Assembly (NCBI GenBank): GCA_051362555.1
Contig: CM120647.1
Location: 20,002,651 to 20,066,650, forward strand
Origin: Lingula anatina
Lineage: Eukaryota; Animalia; Brachiopoda
Direction: 5' to 3'
DNA: 64,000 bases
Position 1 is the first letter of the stretch. Each line of letters opens with the position of its first letter. The notes beneath the pieces were generated by a model, which did no database searches, had not been told where the DNA came from, and was given only the letters and a program-made list of their open reading frames with translations. Position numbers and translations under genes: made by a program. This document shows positions 1 through 9,426 of this stretch, piece after piece.

Positions 1-687
1 TTCACCGAATACTTTTTCCATAATACTACGGGCTCTCTGGTATGTACTGAGGGCCTCTGCGTGGTTTCCCTGTGCAGATATGGCTCGAGCTAATTCATGT
101 ATTGTGACTGCTGTATGTTCGTCACATTCTCCCCGTAACTTCTCCTTCATTGCCAGAGCTCTCCTGAGGACATCCACAGCAGCGTCTGCACAACCAAGTT
201 CTAGCATTTCAAGACCTATGAAGAGTAGTGTGGTTGCTGTACTTTTATTTTCACCCAGGACTTGCTCTTTTACATGAAGTGCCCTTTTAAGTGTACTGAG
301 GGCTTCTGCGTGGTTTCCTTGTTCAGACATGGCACGTGCGAGCAGATGCATTGTTTCTGCTGTCTCTATGTGGCATTCCCCAAGGAACTTCAATCTGATA
401 TCCAGCGTGTTTTTCAGGATATTGATAGCACCCCCTGCGTCACCTAAAACTACCAAACAAGACGCCATGCCTTCTAGTAGGTCGATCATGTGAGCATTAT
501 ATGTCTTCGCCAATGACAAATATGTAGCTTCCTTCAGAACATGAGAATCTGCAGCTATGGCACTACTCACAGTTCCAAACTGTTTATCACAAAGAGCTTC
601 GAGACAGGTGAGTGCATGGGCGTATTCACGTATTCGAAGGAGTGTTTTTGCGAGTAGTTCCATGGTGGGGCAAAATTCTTCTTTAAG
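1..687 (-). pseudogene. NLR-like gene A, 3' part (helical linker + TPR array) in the -1 frame relative to the NB-ARC ORF; runs off the window
   Basis: The minus strand is open from 687 to 1 and reads LKEEFCPTMELLAKTLLRIREYAHALTCLEAL...GNHAEALSTLKRALHVKEQVLGE...TAVTIHELARAISAQGNHAEALSTYQRA, homologous to gene B. Adding 1 nt near 680-687 joins it to the upstream ORF. Confidence 0.85.
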
Positions 688-1960
688 TCATTCGACAATG
701 CACTGAAATAGTGTATGCAATTTACATAATTATCCCTCTTTTTTTCAAAATGTGTGAATGTGTTGCTTTCCTTGACAAGTCTTGTGATGCTGGGCTCCAT
801 ATATCTTATGAAATGTGTCATGAATCTATTTCTGTCTTCTTGTGAAGTTTTGTACTCGGCAAAGTCCCGAATTACACTGTGCATCACAAAACACTCCCTT
901 GCTTTATCAGCTGTCAACAAAGACTTGTCGCACAGCACACCAATAAAGTGTAGGTGTTTTAATTTCGTAACTGTTTTCAGTTCTTTGCTGACCAGCTGAA
1001 ACGCTTCGTCAGCGGTGAAGTACAATGGAAAAAGTGACAACAATAGATACAGTGTCCTCTCAGTTTGGCACAGACGGTTATATGTAAGGCTAATGCAAGC
1101 GTAGGGATCAAAAGGTTCAGCACTCAAAGTGAATAAGGACCTATCATTGGTAACACGTTCGTTAAGGAGATCGACAGCGTTGCAACCCTGACGCAGTAGG
1201 AAGCCAAAAAGGTGAAGCAATAGTGCCATAAACCCACATTTCATTGCTAGCTTGTCGCCTTCAACGCTATTCAAAGATGGCGAATACCAGCGTAACAAGG
1301 ACAATGATGCATCTTTTGATAAAGATTGAAGCTGATGTAATTCAACCTTTAAATTGGGTAAATGTATTGTGTCACGTGATGTACACAAAACATACGCGTT
1401 TCTGCAGTTCATGTTGATGTATCCCAAAAACGATTTCAATTGTTCATGGTTTTCACTACTTAGGATAGTCTCACAAGTGTCAAGAATAACCAAAATCTTC
1501 TTGCCGTATCCTGATATTTCCTGAAAGACTTTTCTGTTTAACTCGCTCAATCGTTTATTTTCGGTTTCAACGGCAGGTGCTATTTGCAACAATCCCCCAT
1601 CCTTGTGCTGCAGCCCTTTGTCATAATTTATGATCAAATCTGTGCTTGTAAAATCTGTACTTGACTTTAAAGCAATTAGAAGGCATTTTGCAATATCTTC
1701 CTGGTCAGACACGTACCTCATGTCAGCCATCACAGAACGGATGCCCCATCTCGAGACAAATTCATGACCAATTTCGGTTGCCAAAGCGGTCTTTCCTTGT
1801 CCCCCAAACGCCTGAATAATGACCAGCCGACATCCATTCATGAGAAACGCTTGGCAGATTTTTTCTACGTCTTCCTCACGACCTTCAAAGCACTCCGGCC
1901 GCTCTGGAATAGAGGAATCCTCGAGGATGGATGCTGAAAGGACGTTGGACAATTGATGTG
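567..1960 (-). CDS. NLR-like gene A coding exon 2: NB-ARC/STAND NTPase
   Basis: Walker A AFGGQGKT, Walker B ILVILDTCE, sensor-1 VLCTSR, GLPL-like CGFMALLL, MHD-like MHSVIR. The AG acceptor at 1962-1961 gives an in-frame phase-1 join with the CARD exon. The ORF-track start at 2009 is intronic, and the stop at 567 results from the frameshift. Confidence 0.9.
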
Positions 1961-2127
1961 CTATATATATATATATATATATACAATAAAAGAAAAAGAA
2001 GAACAGCAACTTTCTTGCCCCGACCGGTTTCTTTCTTTCTTCAGGGGGTTTTGTTTATTTGTTACTAGGTGATGTCATAAAGGCTTAAATGTGACGTCTT
2101 TAACAATGAGTGTTTAATTGTTACTTT

Positions 2128-2139
2128 TATATATATATA

Positions 2140-2184
<45 letters not shown>

Positions 2185-2190
2185 TTTTAC
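2128..2190. repeat. (TA)n microsatellite plus poly-T in gene A intron (second (TA)n at 1962-1984)
   Basis: Directly visible. Confidence 0.95.
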
Positions 2191-2332
2191 AACATCTGAC
2201 AAATGAAAGAAGAAAACCCATGCCACAGAGAAAATTCTAGAAACTCGAACAAAAGCACCTTTCAAATGAACCAAACCATGTTACAATCGTAGTAATCGTT
2301 CACTAAGACATTATCACATTCATATCATTTAC

Positions 2333-2645
2333 CTATGTGGGACCTTCGATCCTCCGCTGTGACAACATAAGCAGTCAGACCATCTGACAGCCAAGGGCAG
2401 TGATTTTGCAGACATGCTTGGAAACATTCAAAACGTTGGTTGTCTTTGGATAGCAAAAGTGACAGCAGCTTCTCCGTTTGCTCTGTACGTTTTTGACCCT
2501 TTAGCAAGGCATCGCGTTCTTTTGGGGTGATGACACCTCTTGTGATAAGTAAAGGTGAAATTTCTTTAACGTCAAGGTCATTGCAGATAGCTTCCCATGT
2601 TTTCTGGATCTTTATCTGGTTTTCTACGGTAATAGGGACTGACAT
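2333..2645 (-). CDS. NLR-like gene A coding exon 1: CARD (death-fold) domain
   Basis: MSVPITVENQIKIQKTWEAICNDLDVKEISPLLITRGVIT...KLLSLLLSKDNQRFECFQACLQNHCPWL fits the CARD pattern. 313 nt ending at a G|GTAAAT phase-1 donor; paralogous to 48327-48642. An AG acceptor at 2660-2659 suggests an upstream non-coding exon. Confidence 0.88.
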
Positions 2646-2995
2646 CTCTCCAGGATTACTGTAATAGAATAGTATTATCGTGTACCATATTTTTAAGAGA
2701 TAGGGGCTATTACCTGTTAATAAGAGGTAACGACTATTGCCTGGTTTTAGTTACCTAAAATATATCCGATACCGGTATATGCATTAGGTAAAATATGATT
2801 ATGTTTACCGTTGCTGAGTGAAACATGAAACCTGTGCATCACTATTCGGTAAGTGGTAAGTGGTCTTTGCTGACAAGTCGGTGTCTGGCCCAGCAGTATA
2901 GCACTGTTGACCGGTATTAATCGGAATATCGACCAGAAGTTTATTTCAAAGTTCTACCGTGATATCTTTGCAAATCATTTAGCAAGTATAGCAAG

Positions 2996-3983
2996 TTGAC
3001 AACGTTTAACGTCGCCATGGAACAAGTTCCAGTGACACTGCAGATAACAGGACAAGGAGCAGAGCTAGCGGGAATGGAAGCGTTGGTTACAGGTAACTCT
3101 CTGGTCATCGTAGCACAGCATCTAGAGTGTAAACAGATACGGCTAAGTCAAGATACTGGAGTATGTGGTGAACGGTAAATGTATTAACGAATGCGATGGA
3201 TCAGTGTTATTAGAGTAACATAACATACTGGCTCAGTCTATGTACAGAATTAAATTGACTCTTTTGTATTCATTCCAATTTTTATCTCTCAGAGCACCAA
3301 TCCTACACAACCAATCAAAAGATAAAATGCCTTTTGAACTGAAATAAAACCCATTTGCCAAAAAAATGGTATTTGAACAGAATTTTTTCTGCTTTTTTCT
3401 GTCCTATTTATTACGCAGTAAAATGTTATTTAAATAACCCTACAACCAAACAAATAAATGCAGTGATACTATGTTTTTTCTGCTTATTTTCTACAAATCG
3501 AGGGTCGAATTTAACCTATCTAGTTTATTTAAGTTATTTTGGGCTGTTTTTGAATCTGCTGTTTTTGTATTTCATGCTTAACCTGCTTTGTGTGCCTGTT
3601 AAACTTACAAAGTCAGCTACTACAGGACGGCACTGATGCTGCTACTAAGAACATGTGGTACAAGAATACCACACTTTTTTTCAGCACAGTTGACTACCCC
3701 GTAATTGCAACCCGATGCCGATGGTCATTGATACGGAAGACAAAGATAAAAAGGGTTGAGAATGAAATTCAGCGCTTGTTGGACAATCACGTTATTAGAC
3801 CAATCAGAGTCAGTGATGATCGCCCGCCCTCTAAACGCCCATACCGGATGGATGAATGAAATTCAGGTATATTACCATAAACAGAACGATATTCCGAAAG
3901 TGGACAGATATCCTTTACTTCTAATCAACAACGTATTTGAAGCATCGGAGGAGCTGCAGTTTACAGTGTTATTTAAAATCTGA
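2996..3983 (+). pseudogene. Degenerate Gypsy-like pol fragments (possible protease end and RT start)
   Basis: KRVENEIQRLLDNHVIRPI and KVDRYPLLLINNVF resemble Gypsy RT N-terminal motifs (KVExELxRLxxxGIIxPV; DxYPLPxIEDLF). QVPVTLQITGQGAELAG weakly resembles the protease C-terminus. Frames are broken. Confidence 0.55.
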
Positions 3984-4184
3984 TGCAGGGGTTCAATCTG
4001 CACTTGATAAAGCAGACGTTTATTTTTTTAAAAAAGCAAGGGAAATGGCCGCCATCTTAGATTCGGTCATCATCTTCAGAAATATAAAATGCCTGAAAAA
4101 ATTAAAGAATGACTAAGTACTCGTGGTCAATGCAAATTTTGTTAATTTTTAATTGTTAGTAAATTGTTTACATTGTTTACATAT

Positions 4185-4631
4185 TGTAATAACCAGTCCG
4201 TGGTTATACACTTTCTTTAAGTTACTTTTTCACCAATAAGTCAGCCGAGACAGGCAGGTATAGTTTTCTGTTACATGGTTTATTCAAGTGCCTGAAGACT
4301 CAGGACTCTTCTACCGTATCTATAACTATCTCTCACTCTCTCAGTCTGTCAGTCCTCTCTCTGTGGCTCAGTCACTGCCTTTATACTCTATCTTAATTTG
4401 CATTTCAAATTAGCTTTCATAACTGCCATGAAACATGCCATGCCTATGTACATTAACTTAATTGTAGATACATTTAAATTAAACCTTGATTTGCATTTTA
4501 AATGAACTTCTCTTAAACTGCCATGCAACATGTCATGTCTAAGTATATTTGAATAATTAAAACGTACAAATATATACATATCTGATGTATGCAAATTTAG
4601 AAGACTCAGTTCTAATTAACGGATCACTACA
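4185..4631 (-). repeat. 3' LTR
   Basis: Direct repeat of 6185-6631. On the minus strand it has TATAAA (about 4385-4380) followed by AATAAA (4284-4279). Confidence 0.95.
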
Positions 4632-4637
4632 CATATA

Positions 4638-4649
4638 TCTCCCTTTTTT
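4638..4649 (-). promoter_or_regulatory. Polypurine tract
   Basis: AAAAAAGGGAGA on the minus strand just before the 3' LTR. Confidence 0.8.
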
Positions 4650-5154
4650 ACCGAAAAAAATTAAGAAACTTAATTTTTTTAAAAAACCTATTTCACTGAC
4701 ACCTGTTTATACACTGTAATTAATAGAATGTTAAGCTATAATACAAAGTACATGAACATCTTCTAATCAAATTTAACCAATTTTTAACAATTTAAACAAT
4801 AATAAAACAACTATAGCTTCACATAAGCATTTAACATACTTTAGCTTTGCATAGACATTCACACCCATTTAAAAATATAATTATAAGACTGCTTTGTACA
4901 TGTTACTCAAATCAAATCAAATCAATATTTAGTACACATTTAACAACCTAAGAACTTATCTTTCACAAAGGGTATGCATTAAAAAAAATCAAATGCAAAT
5001 AAAGGAAAATGTGACATACAATAATTAACAGAAAATTTTAGGAAAAACAATTTTTGGACAATTTACTAACCTTATTGAAAAAAATTTCCAGTGAAGTGGA
5101 TACCTCCATTTTTCTATACATTGATTAAAAGAAAAAATAATTATTAAAAATTAC

Positions 5155-6123
5155 TCATGGACAACTTATCTCATTAAAAAAATGCCTTAGTTTGCAATGA
5201 GGTGGGTACCTCCATTTCTCTGTACCTTTCAAGTTCAAGTAAAGTTTTTCAGTTTTTTCTAACGCATCAAGGAACTCATCTGTTTTCTTCCCTTGTTTTT
5301 CATTTCTGTCTTTATCCTTGTAATAAGCAAGTATATTCAAATTCACCATATCATTGTCCCTTTCCTCAGTACGCAGATCATTCTCTTCCTTCACTTGTTC
5401 GTCATTTTCTTCGTTGTCCTCATGGTAACACACATTTTCAACCAGTTTGGTCTTATTGGTGGCCATTTTTTCAACACGCAGCATTTCAACATCAGGGGTT
5501 TTCATCATCTTATCACAGGGGAACTTCAACATCTTATCATCAGCGGACTTCAACAGTTCAGCATCACTGGGCGACGACCTCTCTTCATCAGGGAACTGCA
5601 AGATTTCTGCATCTGGGGACTTTAATACATCAGAATCGCCACTGGTCATAAGGGGTTTCAAAATCTCAAATTCGGGAGATTTTGCATTGTCAGCAACATC
5701 ACTGACCACATTATTGTTGCCTCCATCGGGGAGCTGCAACATCTCGGCACCAGGGAATTCTTCTTTTGCAGATTTGTCAGCAACGCCGCTGATCACAACC
5801 TCATTGCTCTGGATCCCCTCTCTAGCTTCTTTCCCTATTGCTGTCTCTTCATCGCAGCTGTCATCACCCACTGTGGTTCTCTGCCCCACTTCCAGCCGAA
5901 TGCTGCTTATTATTGCTTCAAAAGATAGTTCGTTTTCGTTGTCATACTCTGTTGTTTCTTCTTTCATTACTTCCCACAGATTTCTTAGGGAATTTGATAG
6001 TAAAAGTGCATCTCTTTTACTTGTTTCCTGCGTCTTCAGAACACTACTGATTCCACCCAGACAATCTAACAGCCTGCTGTAGATGTCTGGGTCTTCATAC
6101 TGGTCCTCGTCTTCATACAGCAT
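5155..6123 (-). CDS. 322-aa acidic ORF of the LTR element, unknown function
   Basis: Intact ORF starting about 45 nt after the PBS. D/E-rich, with about 8-aa repeats (SPDAEILQ, SADDKMLK, FPCDKMMK, TPDVEML). No RT, protease or Zn-knuckle motif recognised. Confidence 0.7.
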   Translation of the reverse strand: MLYEDEDQYEDPDIYSRLLDCLGGISSVLKTQETSKRDALLLSNSLRNLWEVMKEETTEYDNENELSFEAIISSIRLEVGQRTTVGDDSCDEETAIGKEAREGIQSNEVVISGVADKSAKEEFPGAEMLQLPDGGNNNVVSDVADNAKSPEFEILKPLMTSGDSDVLKSPDAEILQFPDEERSSPSDAELLKSADDKMLKFPCDKMMKTPDVEMLRVEKMATNKTKLVENVCYHEDNEENDEQVKEENDLRTEERDNDMVNLNILAYYKDKDRNEKQGKKTDEFLDALEKTEKLYLNLKGTEKWRYPPHCKLRHFFNEISCP

Positions 6124-6167
6124 CTTGACTATAAACTGCCTTTCTGTCTCAGCTGCTTAAGGTGAAA

Positions 6168-6182
6168 CCTGGGAGCTCGCCA
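6168..6182 (-). promoter_or_regulatory. Primer-binding site, tRNA-Arg-like
   Basis: TGGCGAGCTCCCAGG, 2 nt inside the 5' LTR; resembles the complement of the tRNA-Arg(ACG) 3' end (TGGCGAGCCAGCCAGG). Confidence 0.75.
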
Positions 6183-6184
6183 TT

Positions 6185-6631
6185 TGTAATAACCAGTCCG
6201 TGGTTATACACTTTCTTTAAGTTACTTTTTCACCAATAAGTCAGCCGAGACAGGCAGGTATAGTTTTCTGTTACATGGTTTATTCAAGTGCCTGAAGACT
6301 CAGGACTCTTCTACCGTATCTATAACTATCTCTCACTCTCTCAGTCTGTCAGTCCTCTCTCTGTGGCTCAGTCACTGCCTTTATACTCTATCTTAATTTG
6401 CATTTCAAATTAGCTTTCATAACTGCCATGAAACATGCCATGCCTATGTATATTAACTTAATTGTAGATACATTTAAATTAAACCTTGATTTGCATTTTA
6501 AATGAACTTCTCTTAAACTGCCATGCAACATGTCATGTCTAAGTATATTTGAATAATTAAAACGTACAAATATATACATATCTGATGTATGCAAATTTAG
6601 AAGACTCAGTTCTAATTAACGGATCACTACA
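6185..6631 (-). repeat. 5' LTR
   Basis: Direct repeat of 4185-4631. Confidence 0.95.
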
Positions 6632-6972
6632 ATATGACAAATGAATATGTTGCTTGTTTCGGGTACAAACGGGCATGTTTTAAAGCCGGAAACAAGCAAA
6701 AGTGAAGCATTAATTTGGGGGTGCAGTCAAATTCTTAAATAAGGCTCATAGACTGGTCTTTTTTTTTTTACGTGTGTGTGGTCACGTACCTCCGCGTTAT
6801 CTGATAATTGTTTATTTGCCAGTGATATCAGTCTCTACCCGGCTCTACTCGGACAGGTATTGTACATGGGGAATAATAGCTTTGAGGGTCTGCCGCTAGA
6901 TGGCGTGGGGGTGAAAGCAGTCCTTCTAAAATCTCGCAGAATCTCGCTCACGGCTTTACACCACAGTTTAAC

Positions 6973-7073
6973 ATGGAGCGTGTGCACGCGTCGCTGACAG
7001 TGAACCAACTCAAACGCAATTTACTTGAATGTGGTGCCATAACATCTGGATGAAAATGTGAACTGATTGAAAG
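6973..7073 (+). pseudogene. SAP-domain exon of the ISL2EU accessory gene
   Basis: MERVHASLTVNQLKRNLLECGAITSG*KCELIER followed by a GTATG donor; SAP consensus with an internal stop. Confidence 0.75.
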
Positions 7074-7217
7074 GTATGTGTTTTCTTTTCATTTAGTGCT
7101 TGAAAAACACGAATGCTAACTATTTTCCTTGAAAAAAATCAAAGATTAGTCAAGGTGTGTGTGTCAAATCTGTCATGTTATGTACATGTAGACTACTGTA
7201 GGTACGAGTAGGCCTAC

Positions 7218-8104
7218 TATGGGCGGCCAAAAGGGCAAAAATTCATGTCGTCGATTCAGTTATGTTTCGTCGATTCACTGCCTTCCCATCGATTCAGTTT
7301 CAAGTTTAAACGATCCTGTCATACATTCAACATCTACTTTCGTCAATTCAACTGTCAAACATTTCTCAACTACGGTGTATTAAAACCAATGCTGTCACTA
7401 TTTTCGTCAATCGTGTAACTATTCTCGTCGATTGTCTAATCTCGTCGATCGTCCAACTAATCTCGTCGATCGTGTAACTATTCTCGTCGATCGTCTAATC
7501 TCGTTGATCGTGTAACTATTCTCATCGATCGTCTCATCGATCGATCGCCAGAGGGCGCTGCGGTAGCAACACGTGCTTCTGTCTGTCAATCACGCGGTAA
7601 TTTTTAACTCAGCCAGCCATGGTCAGAGTTAAGCACAACTAGAAAATAATGTCCCTACAACCGAATATCTTTTTATTATTAACATCTAAAATTGAAATTG
7701 TTGAGAAAATGTTCTTATTTCACTAGCAATCATTTTGTTGTCTGCCATTTTGATAGTCATGTGATAGGCCAATGTGCTACCGCAGCGCCCTCTGGCGATC
7801 GATCGATGAGACGATCGAAGAGAATAGACGATCGATGAGAATAGTTACACGATCGACGAGATTAGACGAGCGATGAGAATAGTTACACGATCGACGAGAA
7901 TAGTTACACGATCGACGAAAATAGTGACAGCATTGGTTTTAATACACCGTAGATGAGAAATGTTTGACAGTTTAATTGACGAAAGTAGATGTTGAATTTA
8001 TGACAGGATCGTTTAAACTTGAAACTGAATCGATGGGAAGGCAGTGAATCGACGAAACATAACTGAATCGACGACATGATTTTTTGCCCTTTTGGCCGCC
8101 CATA
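7218..8104. mobile_element. Foldback MITE, IS3EU-like
   Basis: TATGGGCGGCC...GGCCGCCCATA termini, inverted arms of about 340 bp, 6-bp TSD GCCTAC (7212-7217, 8105-8110). Confidence 0.85.
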
Positions 8105-8602
8105 GCCTACGCTCATATTTTGTTTTAGTAGCACGAAAGACGAAGATTTTTATACTTAGTAAATGTACTTATTTATTTTCTTTATAAGGTTACCCAAAGA
8201 AGGCCCATATATTGGGGGCAAAGCCTGAAACTGTCGATTTCAGGACCCCAGGACAGCCAACTTCAAGAGCAGGATAAAATGATTACTTCAGCAATCTTAC
8301 CTATCACTTCACATCAGCGTCAAAGATTGATGTAGCCACCAGTTATGCCTACCCTAAAGCTGACTTACAGGTGGCTGTGATGGACAACAACTATTGCCAT
8401 GTGCCATGGACAGAATAAAGCATGGATAGAGGGAATGATGTAAGTGAAAACAGCTAGAGATCTAATATTAAGAATCAGGCCCAAATATGTTAAAGAATTA
8501 TCAAACTAAGTGATGTGTGACATCATAGAATTAGAATATTGTATCTAAACTATTTAATGCTGTAACCATCTACCATGCTTTAATGGGATATGAATATTTC
8601 AG

Positions 8603-9072
8603 GTTGAGGAACAAACAGCGAAGGACACTGAGCATAGCAAGTTATAACAAGGAAAGAGCGCAATCTGACACAAGAGAGACAATGGGGGATCACTGCTTCC
8701 AGATTTGGAGAGAAGAAGTATATGAACAAACTGTATGAATCATTGTTGTGTCCAAAACCATTGCAGACACATGACAGTTGGACCCGGACCTGATTTCCCC
8801 TTTTTGGAATGTGTATCTCGTGCTCGAATCTGCGCCTAAAGAAAACCCACAAATACTATACTCAGTTAGAAGGCAAGATGTTCATTACAAATCTCCCATT
8901 CTGCTATTTTGTTGTGTTTACATTCAAAGATCTGTTTGTGGGGCTGATCCATTCTGACACTGGATATTCTTCTACATGCATTTTGCCCAGGATAACTTTA
9001 TTTAATGAACAACACTATAGGAAGTATGTGTCACTAGTTTATAGAAAGTACCCCTGTATGAGATGGTTTTAG
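8603..9072 (+). pseudogene. YqaJ/lambda-exonuclease-like remnant
   Basis: ITASRFGE and LKKTHKYYTQLEGKMFITNLPFCYFVVFTFKDLFV match YqaJ motifs (TAS; HxYYxQxQGQMxIT...CxFVV). The central part is missing. Confidence 0.75.
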
Positions 9073-9426
9073 CTGCAATCACAATTTTGAAGTGCCATTT
9101 AAAAAAAAATGTTTTAACTAAAATGAAATAATTTGGTGGTGCAATCTTTAAGGCATTTTAGTGCAATGTAATAATTTTATGATGCTATATATTATTTACA
9201 ATACAGAACAAATATGGTTAAGCTGTTTTTTTTTCCATTTTTTACAGTAATTAAATAATTTGGTGGTGCTATATTCTTTACAAAAAGTACTTATGTGTTT
9301 ATGCCATTTTTAATAATATTTAACTGTAATGAAAAAAAATCCTATGAAGCTATTTTGTAAAGCATTTTTAGTGGGATGAAATAATTTGATAGTTGAATTT
9401 ACAGCAAATAATTTGGTTTTTCTGCT

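Larger units (their letters stand above)
4185..6631 (-). mobile_element. Non-autonomous LTR retrotransposon, 2447 bp, Gypsy-type signals, no pol
   Basis: Two 447-bp TG...CA LTRs exactly 2000 bp apart with 1 mismatch (4451 C / 6451 T). 4-bp TSD ATAT at 4181-4184 and 6632-6635. PBS and PPT lie on the minus strand. Confidence 0.95.

Noticed and set aside
660-690. Programmed -1 ribosomal frameshift in gene A
   Set aside because: No canonical slippery heptamer or evident stimulatory structure; a mutation or read error is simpler.
1961-2009. ORF-track N-termini MLFFFFFYCIYIYIY (and MSMLYINS at 48121)
   Set aside because: Intronic sequence upstream of the splice acceptors; the true starts are in the CARD exons.
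4388-6594. Duplicate 68-aa ORFs at 4388 and 6388
   Set aside because: They lie within the LTRs and are duplicated only because the LTRs are.
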